64,000 bases of DNA, from contig CAVXZE010000016.1 of NCBI GenBank assembly GCA_963766175.1, positions 219,032 to 283,031 of the forward strand. Reading direction: 5' to 3'. Positions within the stretch are counted from its first letter, which is position 1, and each line of letters opens with the position of its first letter. Made by a program: the position numbers and the translations under genes. This DNA comes from an uncultured delta proteobacterium (GTDB lineage Bacteria > Myxococcota_A > UBA9160 > UBA6930). The notes under the pieces were generated by a model, which ran no database searches, was not told where the DNA came from, and saw only the letters and a program-made list of their open reading frames with translations. This document shows positions 46,293 through 55,395 of this stretch, one piece after another.

Positions 46293-46371
46293 AAGAGCAA
46301 TCTCCGATGTGGATGACCGCGCAGCCAGCGCATCCCTCCCTTCCGCTACGCGAGGGGCTTCGTCGCCGCCC

Positions 46372-48534
46372 ATGAAGCGGGTGATGACATGCCTGGTCGT
46401 GCTGCTTGCCTGGGTCGGCGCCTGGCCGAGCTGGGCGCATCTCGGCACGCCGGCTTCTCTGGTCATCCAGGAGACGTCGCTTCACCAGTTCACCGTCGAG
46501 TTCAAGCTCCCCATTCTGGAGGGCCGCGTCCTCAGGGCCAAGCCGGTGCTTCCCGATGTCTGCGTGCTTCAGGGGGAGCCGGCGGTGCGGTCCACGGCCA
46601 GCACCGTGATGCGTTCCTGGGAGATGGAATGTGAACCCGGCGCACTGGTCGGCACGCCGCTGGGAGTCACTGGGCTGCTGGGCACCGCACAGGATGTGCA
46701 ATTGACCGTCGCCTTCCTCGACGGCCGGACACACGTCGCCACATTGCGTCCCACCCAGTCTTTCTACGTCCTTCCACCTCCCCCATTGCTGCTCGAGCTG
46801 ACAAGGCACGCGGGACGCGAGGGGATCCGCCGGATCGTGCGCAATCCGGAGCTGGTCTTGCTGGTCGTTGGAGCGGTGTTTTCCGGGATGCGATGGCACG
46901 CACTCCTGATCGGCATCCTCGCCTTTGCGCTCGCCCACGGCGCGGGGCAGCTGCTCGGCGAGCGGGCGGGTATGGTGGTGACGCCCTTCTTGCCGCGGGC
47001 GCTCGCCGCCTGGACCGCCTGGCTGGTGGCCGTCGTTGCGATGCGACGCAAACCCGGCGGGCCGCCTTCATCGGGGCGCTGGGGCTGGCTGGCCGTGGCG
47101 CTGATCGGTGTGCTCGCCGGTGGAAGTCTGACGGAGACCCTTCTCCCGCCGGGCCTCTCGCGTCCGCAACAACAGCTGGGCCTGGCGCTCCTCTCGCTGG
47201 GCCTGGCGCTGGGCGCCGGCTTGGTCGCCCTCGCCGCGCGACAGCTCCGCGCGGCGGCGGAAAGTGCCCTGCCTGCGGCCTCGCACCGCTTCGAGATCCT
47301 GGCTCTCCACGCTACCGGCGTGATCGCGCTGGGATGGGGCACCTATCAGGCCAGCGCGATCGCGATCGTCGGGACCGTTTCTCCGTCGGTTCCCCTGGTG
47401 TCGCTGGCGATCTGCGCCGTGCTCGCTTTCTGGTGCAGGCAGCAGGGCGCTACGGACACGCAGCGCACCCTTCTGACCCTGCTCGGTGGCGTCGCCTTCG
47501 CGGCCGCGGCGCTGGTAGCTCATCGAGCCGGGCTCTCGGTGAATACGGTCTGGGTGCTCGGATCGCTTGCGCTGATGGGGGCGCTGGTCGCCTGGGGCCG
47601 TCCCTCACCACGATGGGTGACGATCCCGTTGCTGGTGACGGTGGCGCTGGTCCACGGTGCGCACGCCGCCGCAATGCTACTCGACGCCGGATCTTCACGG
47701 CCCGTCGACCTGGTGGCCATGCTGGTGTTGCTGGCCCTCGTCCCGTTCGGCTGTTTTGCCGCCCCGGACCGCCCCGGCGTGGCGGCGGTTCTCACGCCGG
47801 CGCGCGCGGCGGGGGTGGTGGCTCTGGTCGTGGCCCTGCTGTTCCGGGGATCCGAGTACTGGGAATGGGTGGCGGGGCCGCTCGCCGCAGAGGCGACGAT
47901 GGGACTGATCCGGATTCCGGTGCTGGCGGGGATCCTGCTGCTTTGGTGCCTGGTGGCGGTTCCGCGCAAGCCGCGCTTCGATGGGGAGGCGAAGAGAGGA
48001 CTCTCCTGGCCGCGGTGGGCACTGCTCCTCGGTCTGGCCATCTTCCTGGTTCCCCACGGCATGCTGCGGTTCAGCAATCCCTTCTTTACGCCGAGTCCGC
48101 CCTCCGCCGCCGCTGCGAAGCGTATTCTCTCGACGGTGCTCTCGGACATCTACCAGGCCTTCAACCTGCCCGATGAGGGCGATGCCTTCGATGCCCTGGC
48201 CACGAGCATCTCCCAGGAGTTGATCGCCGACGTCTACCTGGACAGCCGGCGGCGTCTCACTGCCGGCACACGGAAGGGAGCGGAGGTGCACATCAACGAC
48301 GTCGGCGTGATCTTCGTGGGCGACGCCATACCGGGCGGGGCCGACGGCGACTCGTTCACCTATCCTTGCCAGTGGTTCGTCACCGCACGGGTGACCCACT
48401 GGCAGCACACCCACGATCGCCGCAACACCTACGCGGGAGAGCTCACCATCCGCGTCGAGGACAACCGCTGGAAGATCGCCCGTCTCGACCTCGAGAGCGA
48501 AGAGCGTGAGGTCTTGTCCTGGAAGAGCTCATAG
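46372..48534 (+). CDS. large polytopic membrane protein, divergent HupE/UreJ_2-like core with C-terminal soluble domain
   Basis: A signal peptide is followed by a ~130-aa periplasmic domain, then 12 or more TM helices. The segment GIRRIVRNPELVLLVVGAVF...LIGILAFALAHGAGQLLG parallels the HupE_UreJ_2 pattern, but the usual His/Asp residues are replaced. The last ~150 aa are soluble. Confidence 0.5.
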   Translation: MKRVMTCLVVLLAWVGAWPSWAHLGTPASLVIQETSLHQFTVEFKLPILEGRVLRAKPVLPDVCVLQGEPAVRSTASTVMRSWEMECEPGALVGTPLGVTGLLGTAQDVQLTVAFLDGRTHVATLRPTQSFYVLPPPPLLLELTRHAGREGIRRIVRNPELVLLVVGAVFSGMRWHALLIGILAFALAHGAGQLLGERAGMVVTPFLPRALAAWTAWLVAVVAMRRKPGGPPSSGRWGWLAVALIGVLAGGSLTETLLPPGLSRPQQQLGLALLSLGLALGAGLVALAARQLRAAAESALPAASHRFEILALHATGVIALGWGTYQASAIAIVGTVSPSVPLVSLAICAVLAFWCRQQGATDTQRTLLTLLGGVAFAAAALVAHRAGLSVNTVWVLGSLALMGALVAWGRPSPRWVTIPLLVTVALVHGAHAAAMLLDAGSSRPVDLVAMLVLLALVPFGCFAAPDRPGVAAVLTPARAAGVVALVVALLFRGSEYWEWVAGPLAAEATMGLIRIPVLAGILLLWCLVAVPRKPRFDGEAKRGLSWPRWALLLGLAIFLVPHGMLRFSNPFFTPSPPSAAAAKRILSTVLSDIYQAFNLPDEGDAFDALATSISQELIADVYLDSRRRLTAGTRKGAEVHINDVGVIFVGDAIPGGADGDSFTYPCQWFVTARVTHWQHTHDRRNTYAGELTIRVEDNRWKIARLDLESEEREVLSWKSS

Positions 48535-48551
48535 GGAAAGGAGACCGCCTC

Positions 48552-49373
48552 GTGACTCGATCTCGCAATGTCTGGGTTCTCAGCTACGTGCTGCTCATTC
48601 TGCTGGTCCTCTCCGGCTGTGCTTCATCCAGCCCCGAGACTCCGGGGGCACTGACCCGCATCGTCGAGAGCGGTGTGATCCGCGTGGGGATGACCGGGGA
48701 GCAGCCGCCGCTCACCATGCTGTCGCGCGATGGCGACTTCCTGGGACTGGATGTCGCGCTGATGCGGGTCCTCGCCCGCAGCATGGGTGTCGAGGCGCGT
48801 TTCGTTCAGATCGACTTTGAGAACCTCCTCGATGCCCTCGACGCAGATGAGGTCGACGTGGTGATGTCGGGAATGACGATCACCCCCCGACGCGTCGAGC
48901 GCGCCACCTTCATCGGCCCCTACTTCACCTCCGGCAAGACCCTGCTGACCCGGTCCGAGGAGCTGGCCGCCATCGAGATTCCCGAGGACCTGGACAAGCC
49001 GGAGCTGCGCTTCGCCGCGCTTCGGGGCTCCACCAGCGAGGAGTTCGCGCGCAGCTCCCTCTCCAGCGCGCAGTTGGTGCTCACGGCGGGGCTCGATCAG
49101 GCGGTCCAGAAGGTCGGGAGCGGCGAGGTCGATGCCCTGGTCGCGGATCGCGAGACCTGTTTCTTCGCCGTGCTGCGCTACCCCGACCAGGGGCTGATCG
49201 CGTCTCCCGCGACCTTCACTCTGGAGCCAATGGGAATTGCGGTGCCCCTGGACGCGCCACGGCTCGCCAACCTCTTGCGCACCTACTTCACCGCGCTCGC
49301 GGAGTCGGGAGCGCTCGAGAAGGCGCAGGCGGTCTGGTTCAAGGACCCCTCCTGGGTGAAGAGCCTGCGCTAG
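48552..49373 (+). CDS. amino-acid ABC transporter substrate-binding lipoprotein (SBP_bac_3)
   Basis: Lipobox LSGCASS. It has GVIRVGMTGEQPPLTM and VDVVMSGMTITPRR motifs. No permease or ATPase genes are adjacent. Confidence 0.8.
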   Translation: MTRSRNVWVLSYVLLILLVLSGCASSSPETPGALTRIVESGVIRVGMTGEQPPLTMLSRDGDFLGLDVALMRVLARSMGVEARFVQIDFENLLDALDADEVDVVMSGMTITPRRVERATFIGPYFTSGKTLLTRSEELAAIEIPEDLDKPELRFAALRGSTSEEFARSSLSSAQLVLTAGLDQAVQKVGSGEVDALVADRETCFFAVLRYPDQGLIASPATFTLEPMGIAVPLDAPRLANLLRTYFTALAESGALEKAQAVWFKDPSWVKSLR

Positions 49374-49386
49374 GGTTTCGTTTGGG

Positions 49387-51282
49387 CTAGGGCGTGTACC
49401 AGATCGGCGAGGTGTAGGCGCGTTCCTGAGTGGTCATTGGCGCCTCCTCGGGCATCTTCACGCCGTAGCGGACCGCGTCGTAAGCCGTCCAACGCGGCGT
49501 CGGGATCTCGATCACCCGGGCGTAGTAGAAGGCCCGCTCTTTGGCGTCGAACTCCGGGTCCTTCCAGACCGCGATCAGCTCGGGATCGCCGATCGTGTTG
49601 GTCCAGGTGGCCGTCTTCGGGTCGACGGTGTTGCCCACCGGGGGCAGCTTGCCGTCGGCGCCGGGCTTGCGGCTCTGGGCGTCGCCCCACGCCACGTCGT
49701 GGACCTTCTCGTGCCGCTCGCCCTCTGCGTCTACCCAGCCCTTGATGATCTGGATCCGGTCGAGGTTGCCCCTGTAGGGATCCTTGAGGGCCGCGACCAG
49801 GAAGGTCGACGCCTTGCCGGCCGGGGCCTGCGTGAGGTCACCGCCCATCGGCACGCCCTTAGCGTAGCCCGCGCGCGCCGGGAGCCGGGTGCGGGCGTCG
49901 CCGGGCTCGAAGTCCCATCCTCCGAAGAAGCGCACCGTCATCCGCGACCCGGTGGTGGCGTAGACCTCCTTGCGCATCATGGCATCCCAGATCGCCTCGC
50001 GGGAGTTCTCGGCAGCCCAGACCCCCGCGTACCCGGAAGAAACCTGCTCCCAGCCCCAGAACGTCAGACTCCCGTCAGGGGCGGCGACGGCGGGGTGTTC
50101 GGCTCGAGCCGGGCCCGGCTCGGTGCCGGAGTGCTTGCCGAAGAAGTTCTCCTCGGCGGCGGTGGAGAGGGAGGTGTGCGAGTCGGTGGAGCCGATCATT
50201 CCGAACTTGAAGGGGTTGACCCCGAGTTGCCGTTCGAGCTGGAGTCCGATCTCGAGCGCCGAGCGCCCGTACTCGTACTGGAGCATCTCCTCCGTCTTCG
50301 CCTCGCTCAGGTTCAGGTTGCCCTTGTCCCAGGTCTCGTAGTCGGCGAACTCGTCGTCGGGCGACAGCAGGGGATGGGTCTCGCCGTCACCCTTGATCTG
50401 GGTGACCTCGCAGACGGGCTCCCAGCGCTGCCTCCGTTCGGCGTAGGCTCGTGTCAGCGGTTCGCCGTCGAAGTCCACCAGAGCAAACATCATGCCGTTC
50501 GAGAGGTTCCCGTTGTGGGGGATGGCGAGGAGCTTGCCACCGGTCTTGGCTTCGTAGGCCGTCATCACCTGCCAGAGGTCCTCGGGGTCGAGGCTCTCGT
50601 CCGCGGTGAAGGGCAGGGTCTGCGAGGCCTTGTCCCCGCCGTCGCGGTAGATCACCACCCGGTGGAGGTTGTTGCCGGGGGGCGCCAGCGAGGTCCACTC
50701 GTAGCCGATCAAGGTTGAGAAGACCCCGGGCTCGTTGTACCGCTCGGCCGCCGCGATGACGTCCTCCCAGACCGGTCCACGCAGGGCCGGGTCGTTGAAG
50801 TCAAAGGGGACAGCACCCCTGGAGAAGAGGTCGATCATCTCGAGGGTCGCAGCGACCGCCGACTGGCCGCCCTCGTTGATCATCTTGTTCCAGCGCCGGG
50901 CGGCCTCATGCTTCATCAACTCGGGATCGCCTTCTCGCAGCCTAGGGAACAGGCCGTAGCCGTCCGAGTGGTCGGCAATCACCAGGAAGTCGAGAGGACG
51001 TGACAGCACGACAGGTTGCCCAGTGGCCGAGACCACCTCCTCGCCACGGGCGAAACGGTAGGCCTCGTCGAGACCCAGGCGGTTGCCGAAGGCGGCGGCG
51101 TCCACGGAGAGCGTGGTGTGGAGATGGGTGTCGCCCCAGAAAACCTGCGTCGGATAGGCGCGTCCGGCGTAGGGCGAGTAGCTCTTCGCGGACGACGTCT
51201 CTGCCGTCTTCTCCTCGGCTCCGGCCGGGGCCGTGATGAGCAGACAGGTTCCGAGATAGGCCGTCAAGACCGGATGACGCAT
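49387..51282 (-). CDS. DUF3604 domain protein (PHP-like metal-dependent hydrolase), secreted
   Basis: It has a signal peptide. The YPTQVFWGDTHLHTTLSVDA signature is present. ATG 51282 is preceded by GAGGAGGA. Confidence 0.8.
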   Translation of the reverse strand: MRHPVLTAYLGTCLLITAPAGAEEKTAETSSAKSYSPYAGRAYPTQVFWGDTHLHTTLSVDAAAFGNRLGLDEAYRFARGEEVVSATGQPVVLSRPLDFLVIADHSDGYGLFPRLREGDPELMKHEAARRWNKMINEGGQSAVAATLEMIDLFSRGAVPFDFNDPALRGPVWEDVIAAAERYNEPGVFSTLIGYEWTSLAPPGNNLHRVVIYRDGGDKASQTLPFTADESLDPEDLWQVMTAYEAKTGGKLLAIPHNGNLSNGMMFALVDFDGEPLTRAYAERRQRWEPVCEVTQIKGDGETHPLLSPDDEFADYETWDKGNLNLSEAKTEEMLQYEYGRSALEIGLQLERQLGVNPFKFGMIGSTDSHTSLSTAAEENFFGKHSGTEPGPARAEHPAVAAPDGSLTFWGWEQVSSGYAGVWAAENSREAIWDAMMRKEVYATTGSRMTVRFFGGWDFEPGDARTRLPARAGYAKGVPMGGDLTQAPAGKASTFLVAALKDPYRGNLDRIQIIKGWVDAEGERHEKVHDVAWGDAQSRKPGADGKLPPVGNTVDPKTATWTNTIGDPELIAVWKDPEFDAKERAFYYARVIEIPTPRWTAYDAVRYGVKMPEEAPMTTQERAYTSPIWYTP

Positions 51283-51482
51283 GATTTCCTCCTCGCGCGG
51301 CAGCGCCTCTTGGCTGAAACCCAGGGTAATCCAAGCTGCTCCCTCCGGACAGCGCCGGTCGAGATTCTCCCCGGCTTCGCCCGCTGCTGGACAAGCGCCT
51401 CCCTCACGACCCATACTTGCAGGCAAAGAGCTGAACGCAGAGAGGGCATTTCCAGCCGAGGGTACCGAGAAAGGAGCACTTC

Positions 51483-52775
51483 ATGGGTGAGCCATTCGAA
51501 CGAACGCTTGCGATTGTGAACGGCATGATGGAGCCGATGGCCGGGCTCGTAAGGGGGGACTCGACTCCTCCGTTTGGGGACTACGGTCACCTCGTCGCCG
51601 CCGCGATCGAGCACGACGTTGCGCACTACCGGGACATCGCGGCGGCCATGGCGGACGAGAATCGGAAGGTGGCCATGTTTGAGTTCGGCCTGGTTCCGCA
51701 GCTCTTCTATGCCTTCGACTGCGCCGCGCTCTGCCTGGAGTTCTTTCCCTCTTTCTATTCCGGCACCGATATGAGCATGATGTACGAGTTTCTCGAAGCC
51801 GCGGAGGAGGCGGGTGTATCCTCCGATACCTGCTCGACCGACCGCTTCATCGTTGGAGCCACGCTGAAGGGAGAGCTGCCCACCAATTCGTTCTTCGTCA
51901 CTTCCTCCTCCCCTTGCGACGGAACCCGGATCGCCTACCCGATCATGCAGAAGATTCTCGACTGCCCGATGCTGTTTCTCGACGCTCCGTTTCGCAACGA
52001 CCGGGAAGCGGTCAGGTACTACGCAGGTCAGCTGAAGGATCAGCTGATTCCGTTCGTGGAGAAACACACGGGACGGAAGTTCGACATCGATCGTCTCCGC
52101 GAGGTGATCGTCGAGTCGAACAAGGCCTACGAGCTGCTGATCGACACCGGCGAGACCTATCGCGTCAAACCGGCGCCACACCACGGGATGCTCAGGTCGG
52201 TGCCCTATCAGCTGTTCATGACGGGCGCCGGGCGTCCCCGGACCACGGAGACACTGAGCCTCTTCTGCGAGGATCTCACCCGGAGGGTCCGGGAGGGCCG
52301 CACCGAGGGGCCGTTCCCCGAGAAGCACCGCGTGATGTGGGTCCACGTCCCCCCGACCTACGACTTTGAGCTCTTCTCCTGGATGGAGGAGAAGTTCGGA
52401 GCGACCTTGGTGGTCAGCTCGCTCTCCAGCACCAGCGTTCTGGATCCGATCGACCCCAGCAGCCTGGAAACCATGCTGGAGGGATTGGCCTGGCAGGGCC
52501 TCGACATGACCATGTCGTTCATGCGCTACGAGAGCGCCGCCTTCATCGATTTCACGTTGAACGCGTACGATCAGTACGGCTGCGACTGCATCATCACCAC
52601 CCAGCACGTCGGCTGCCAGAGCATCTGCGGTGCGCGGGGGCTGATCCGGGAGGCGTGCCGCGAACGGGAGATTCCGCTGCTCTTCATCGAGTTCGACTAC
52701 AACGACGACCGGGTACTGGCTCGAGAGCAGATGCGCGCCCAGATCGAAGACTTCTTCGACACGGTGATGGAGTAG
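51483..52775 (+). CDS. 2-hydroxyacyl-CoA dehydratase / benzoyl-CoA reductase subunit family protein (HGD-D, PF06050-like)
   Basis: 430 aa with the family-like layout and many conserved-looking Cys residues (DTCSTD, SPCDGT, GCDCIITTQHVGCQSICG). The tail FIEFDYNDDRV...QIEDFF fits the family. AAAGGAG is the RBS. Confidence 0.7.
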   Translation: MGEPFERTLAIVNGMMEPMAGLVRGDSTPPFGDYGHLVAAAIEHDVAHYRDIAAAMADENRKVAMFEFGLVPQLFYAFDCAALCLEFFPSFYSGTDMSMMYEFLEAAEEAGVSSDTCSTDRFIVGATLKGELPTNSFFVTSSSPCDGTRIAYPIMQKILDCPMLFLDAPFRNDREAVRYYAGQLKDQLIPFVEKHTGRKFDIDRLREVIVESNKAYELLIDTGETYRVKPAPHHGMLRSVPYQLFMTGAGRPRTTETLSLFCEDLTRRVREGRTEGPFPEKHRVMWVHVPPTYDFELFSWMEEKFGATLVVSSLSSTSVLDPIDPSSLETMLEGLAWQGLDMTMSFMRYESAAFIDFTLNAYDQYGCDCIITTQHVGCQSICGARGLIREACREREIPLLFIEFDYNDDRVLAREQMRAQIEDFFDTVME

Positions 52776-52788
52776 AGAGGCATCAGAC

Positions 52789-53586
52789 ATGGAGAAGAGG
52801 CGCAACGTACTGCGAGAGCTGATCGACGAAGGCAAGCCCAGCATCGGCACCCACGTGCACAGCATGTGGCCCGGCATCGCAGAGGTGATCGGTCACGCCG
52901 GCACCATGGACTACATCGAGTTCTCCGGCGAATACGCGCCCTACGATCTCTTCTCCCTGGAGAACTTCGGGCGCGCCATCGACCTCTTCCCCGAGATGAC
53001 GTCGATGATCAAGATCGACCAGGAGCCGAGAACCTACATCTCGGTTCGGGCGATCGGCTCGGGGATCCAGAACCTTCTCTTTACCGACGTCCGCAATGTC
53101 GCAGACGCGAAGGAATGCGTCAGGGCCGCGCGCGCGGAGACCCCCGAGGAGGGAGGGGTGGTGGGAGTCGGTATGAGGAGGGACGTGGGCTACGTGCTCG
53201 GGGCCGGCTCGGCCGCCTACGTGCAGCAGCTGCGCGAGGGTGTGGTGGCCCTGATGATCGAGAAGGCGGGTGCGATCGAGAATCTGGAGGAGATCCTCTC
53301 CGTCGAGGGTGTGGACATGATCCAGTTCGGCCCGGCGGACTATGCGATGAGCATCGGCAAGCCAGGTCAGTTCGGCGACCCGGCAGTGAAGGGCGCCCAC
53401 GAGCGAGCCATCGCCGAGGCCATGAAGAGGGGGATCCGGCCCCGCGTCGAGCTGGCCAGCTTCGAGCAGGCCAAGCCCTGGATCGACATGGGCATCAAGG
53501 ATTTCTGCGTCGGCTGGGACGTTCGTGTCATCTACCAGTTCTGCCGCCGGGAGGGCGAAGAGCTGGCCAAGCTTCTGGGCCGCTGA
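52789..53586 (+). CDS. HpcH/HpaI-family aldolase (class II, divalent-metal dependent)
   Basis: 265 aa. It has DYIEFSGEYAPYD, LMIEKAGAIENLEEILSVEGVDMIQFGPADYAMS and other family motifs. It starts 13 bp after the upstream gene. Confidence 0.75.
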   Translation: MEKRRNVLRELIDEGKPSIGTHVHSMWPGIAEVIGHAGTMDYIEFSGEYAPYDLFSLENFGRAIDLFPEMTSMIKIDQEPRTYISVRAIGSGIQNLLFTDVRNVADAKECVRAARAETPEEGGVVGVGMRRDVGYVLGAGSAAYVQQLREGVVALMIEKAGAIENLEEILSVEGVDMIQFGPADYAMSIGKPGQFGDPAVKGAHERAIAEAMKRGIRPRVELASFEQAKPWIDMGIKDFCVGWDVRVIYQFCRREGEELAKLLGR

Positions 53587-53589
53587 TCG

Positions 53590-55278
53590 TCAGTCGGGCC
53601 GAATCGCTTCGATCAACTTCATCCAGTGTCTTTCGAAGATGTCGTAGGCTTCGGCTCGCTCGACCGGCGTGGCTTCGATCTTCGCCCCGAATACCATGTT
53701 CCGGTGCTCTTCTCTGGACAACGCCGGCCACGGCGGCTGGTCTTCCAGGTTCGGATCCCCCGTCCTGGCGAACTGTGTCCAATAGTCGCCCATGGCCTGC
53801 ACGATGACCTGATCCTGCTCGTTGGTCGGAAACAGGGGAACGCTCTTGCCGAAGACGAAGGCGATCTCGGCGCCGTGAAACGCGCCAGCGGTCTGGCTCC
53901 GGGAGGGAGGCACCCGAGTGAAGAAGTAGAGGTAGGCCGGCTGACCCACAGCTGCCATCTGCTTCGCGTAGAACCTGGCCGGGGCGCCGAATCGACTGTC
54001 GCCATAGACGGCGGAGGTGGCGTCGAAGACGGAGGCGTCGTCGGCCGCGGGATACAGCTCATGGATCTTCTCCGCGTCCGCCCCCAGAGCGTCGCGCAAG
54101 TACCAAGGATATTCGTCCGCGGTCTTCGGTCCGGGTGAGCTGCCGTAGAGCGTCGCGTTCCCGAGGCTGTAGAGAATCGAGCCTTCGTCGGAGTTGCTAC
54201 CGACCAGCAGGGGAACCGGCGCCTGGTCTCCGTCGAGAAAGGCCTCCATGACGCTCTTGGGCAGCACATATCCGTCGATGGTCGGATAGGTGTAGGTGCC
54301 GACTTCGGGGAACTTCTGGAGCGCCGCGTACAGCTGGTCCAGGGACATCGCGCGGAGTCCTCTGATCCGGTCTTCGTCTCCTTCGACGGCTTTCTCCGCG
54401 AAGGCTTCCCCCGCAGCTTCCGCGCTCAGGAAGCTCAACACCGGGCGGTCGAGATGGATCAGCAGTCCGCCGGTAGAGGCGCTCTGCATGATGGCCCGAT
54501 GCACGAGTCCGCGCGCCAGCGGTGAGGTCATCATGTGGGCGACGGACTCACCGCCGGCGGATTCGCCGAAGATCGTCACGTTGTCTGGATCGCCCCCGAA
54601 GGCGGCGATGTTGTCGCGCACCCAGCGGAGCGCCGCGATCTGATCGAGGGTCCCGTAGTTGCCGGAGACGCCGTGCTTCGACTCCGCGCTGAGAGCGGGA
54701 TGGGCGAAGTATCCGATCAGACCGAGGCGATAGTTCAAATTGACGAGGACGACGCCTCTCTGCGTCACGGGGTCGCTCTGGTAGAAACTGGTCGACCCGC
54801 TCCCGCTCTGATGTCCGCCGCCGTGAATCCACACCATGACCGGCTGCTTCTCGGCCCCGCCCAGATTCCCGGTCCTCACATTCAGGTAGAGGCAGTCCTC
54901 GCTCTGGGCTTCTTTGGACACGACGCCCACCGCGAGCTTGAAGAGCGTTCTGCGGAACCATCCCATCCCCTGCCCGTCGACCATCCGCCCCAGGAAATCG
55001 TTCAGGTTGTCATTCCCCTGTGGACAGATGGCCTGAAATTCAGTCGCGTCGCGAATCTCTTCCCAGGGCAGGATGGGCAGGGGCGGCTTCCAGCGCAGTT
55101 CGCCCACCGGCGGCGCCGCATAGGGGATTCCCTTGAAGACGGCTATCTCGCCGTCGGCCTCGAAAGAACCTTGTATCTCGCCGCCTTCGACCGCTACGAT
55201 CGGCCCGGGCTCGGCTGCAGCGCTTCCGCACGCGAGCAGGCAGAGAGAGACAGCGAGTGAGACGATGGTGACGCGCAA
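53590..55278 (-). CDS. type-B carboxylesterase (secreted/lipoprotein paralog)
   Basis: Lipobox LLACGS. It has GIPYAAPP, EDCLYLNV, VMVWIHGGG and FGESAGG motifs. The TTG start has GGAGGGG 6 nt upstream. Confidence 0.9.
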   Translation of the reverse strand: MRVTIVSLAVSLCLLACGSAAAEPGPIVAVEGGEIQGSFEADGEIAVFKGIPYAAPPVGELRWKPPLPILPWEEIRDATEFQAICPQGNDNLNDFLGRMVDGQGMGWFRRTLFKLAVGVVSKEAQSEDCLYLNVRTGNLGGAEKQPVMVWIHGGGHQSGSGSTSFYQSDPVTQRGVVLVNLNYRLGLIGYFAHPALSAESKHGVSGNYGTLDQIAALRWVRDNIAAFGGDPDNVTIFGESAGGESVAHMMTSPLARGLVHRAIMQSASTGGLLIHLDRPVLSFLSAEAAGEAFAEKAVEGDEDRIRGLRAMSLDQLYAALQKFPEVGTYTYPTIDGYVLPKSVMEAFLDGDQAPVPLLVGSNSDEGSILYSLGNATLYGSSPGPKTADEYPWYLRDALGADAEKIHELYPAADDASVFDATSAVYGDSRFGAPARFYAKQMAAVGQPAYLYFFTRVPPSRSQTAGAFHGAEIAFVFGKSVPLFPTNEQDQVIVQAMGDYWTQFARTGDPNLEDQPPWPALSREEHRNMVFGAKIEATPVERAEAYDIFERHWMKLIEAIRPD

Positions 55279-55296
55279 GGCACCCCTCCATTCTTT

Positions 55297-55340
55297 GGTG
55301 ATTCTTCGGTGGTTCCTCGATGATTCCTTGGTGGCAGGCT
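55297..55340. promoter_or_regulatory. four tandem 11-bp repeats in the divergent promoter
   Basis: The repeats are GGTGATTCTTC, GGTGGTTCCTC, GATGATTCCTT and GGTGGCAGGCT. They lie between the esterase start (55278) and the MFS start (55396). Confidence 0.45.
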
Positions 55341-55395
55341 CTCCCCGAGCAGCCCAGTCGGCGATTTCGGCCCTAGTCTAGGGGGATGATCCAGG

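Noticed and set aside
44469-46466. A 665-aa minus-strand ORF antisense to the OMP and PPIase genes. Similar antisense ORFs occur at 51264..52877, 55378..56688, 56495..58213 and 33502..35361.
   Set aside because: None has recognisable motifs, and all have an Arg/Gly/Pro/His-rich composition. Each opposes a gene with clear family signatures.
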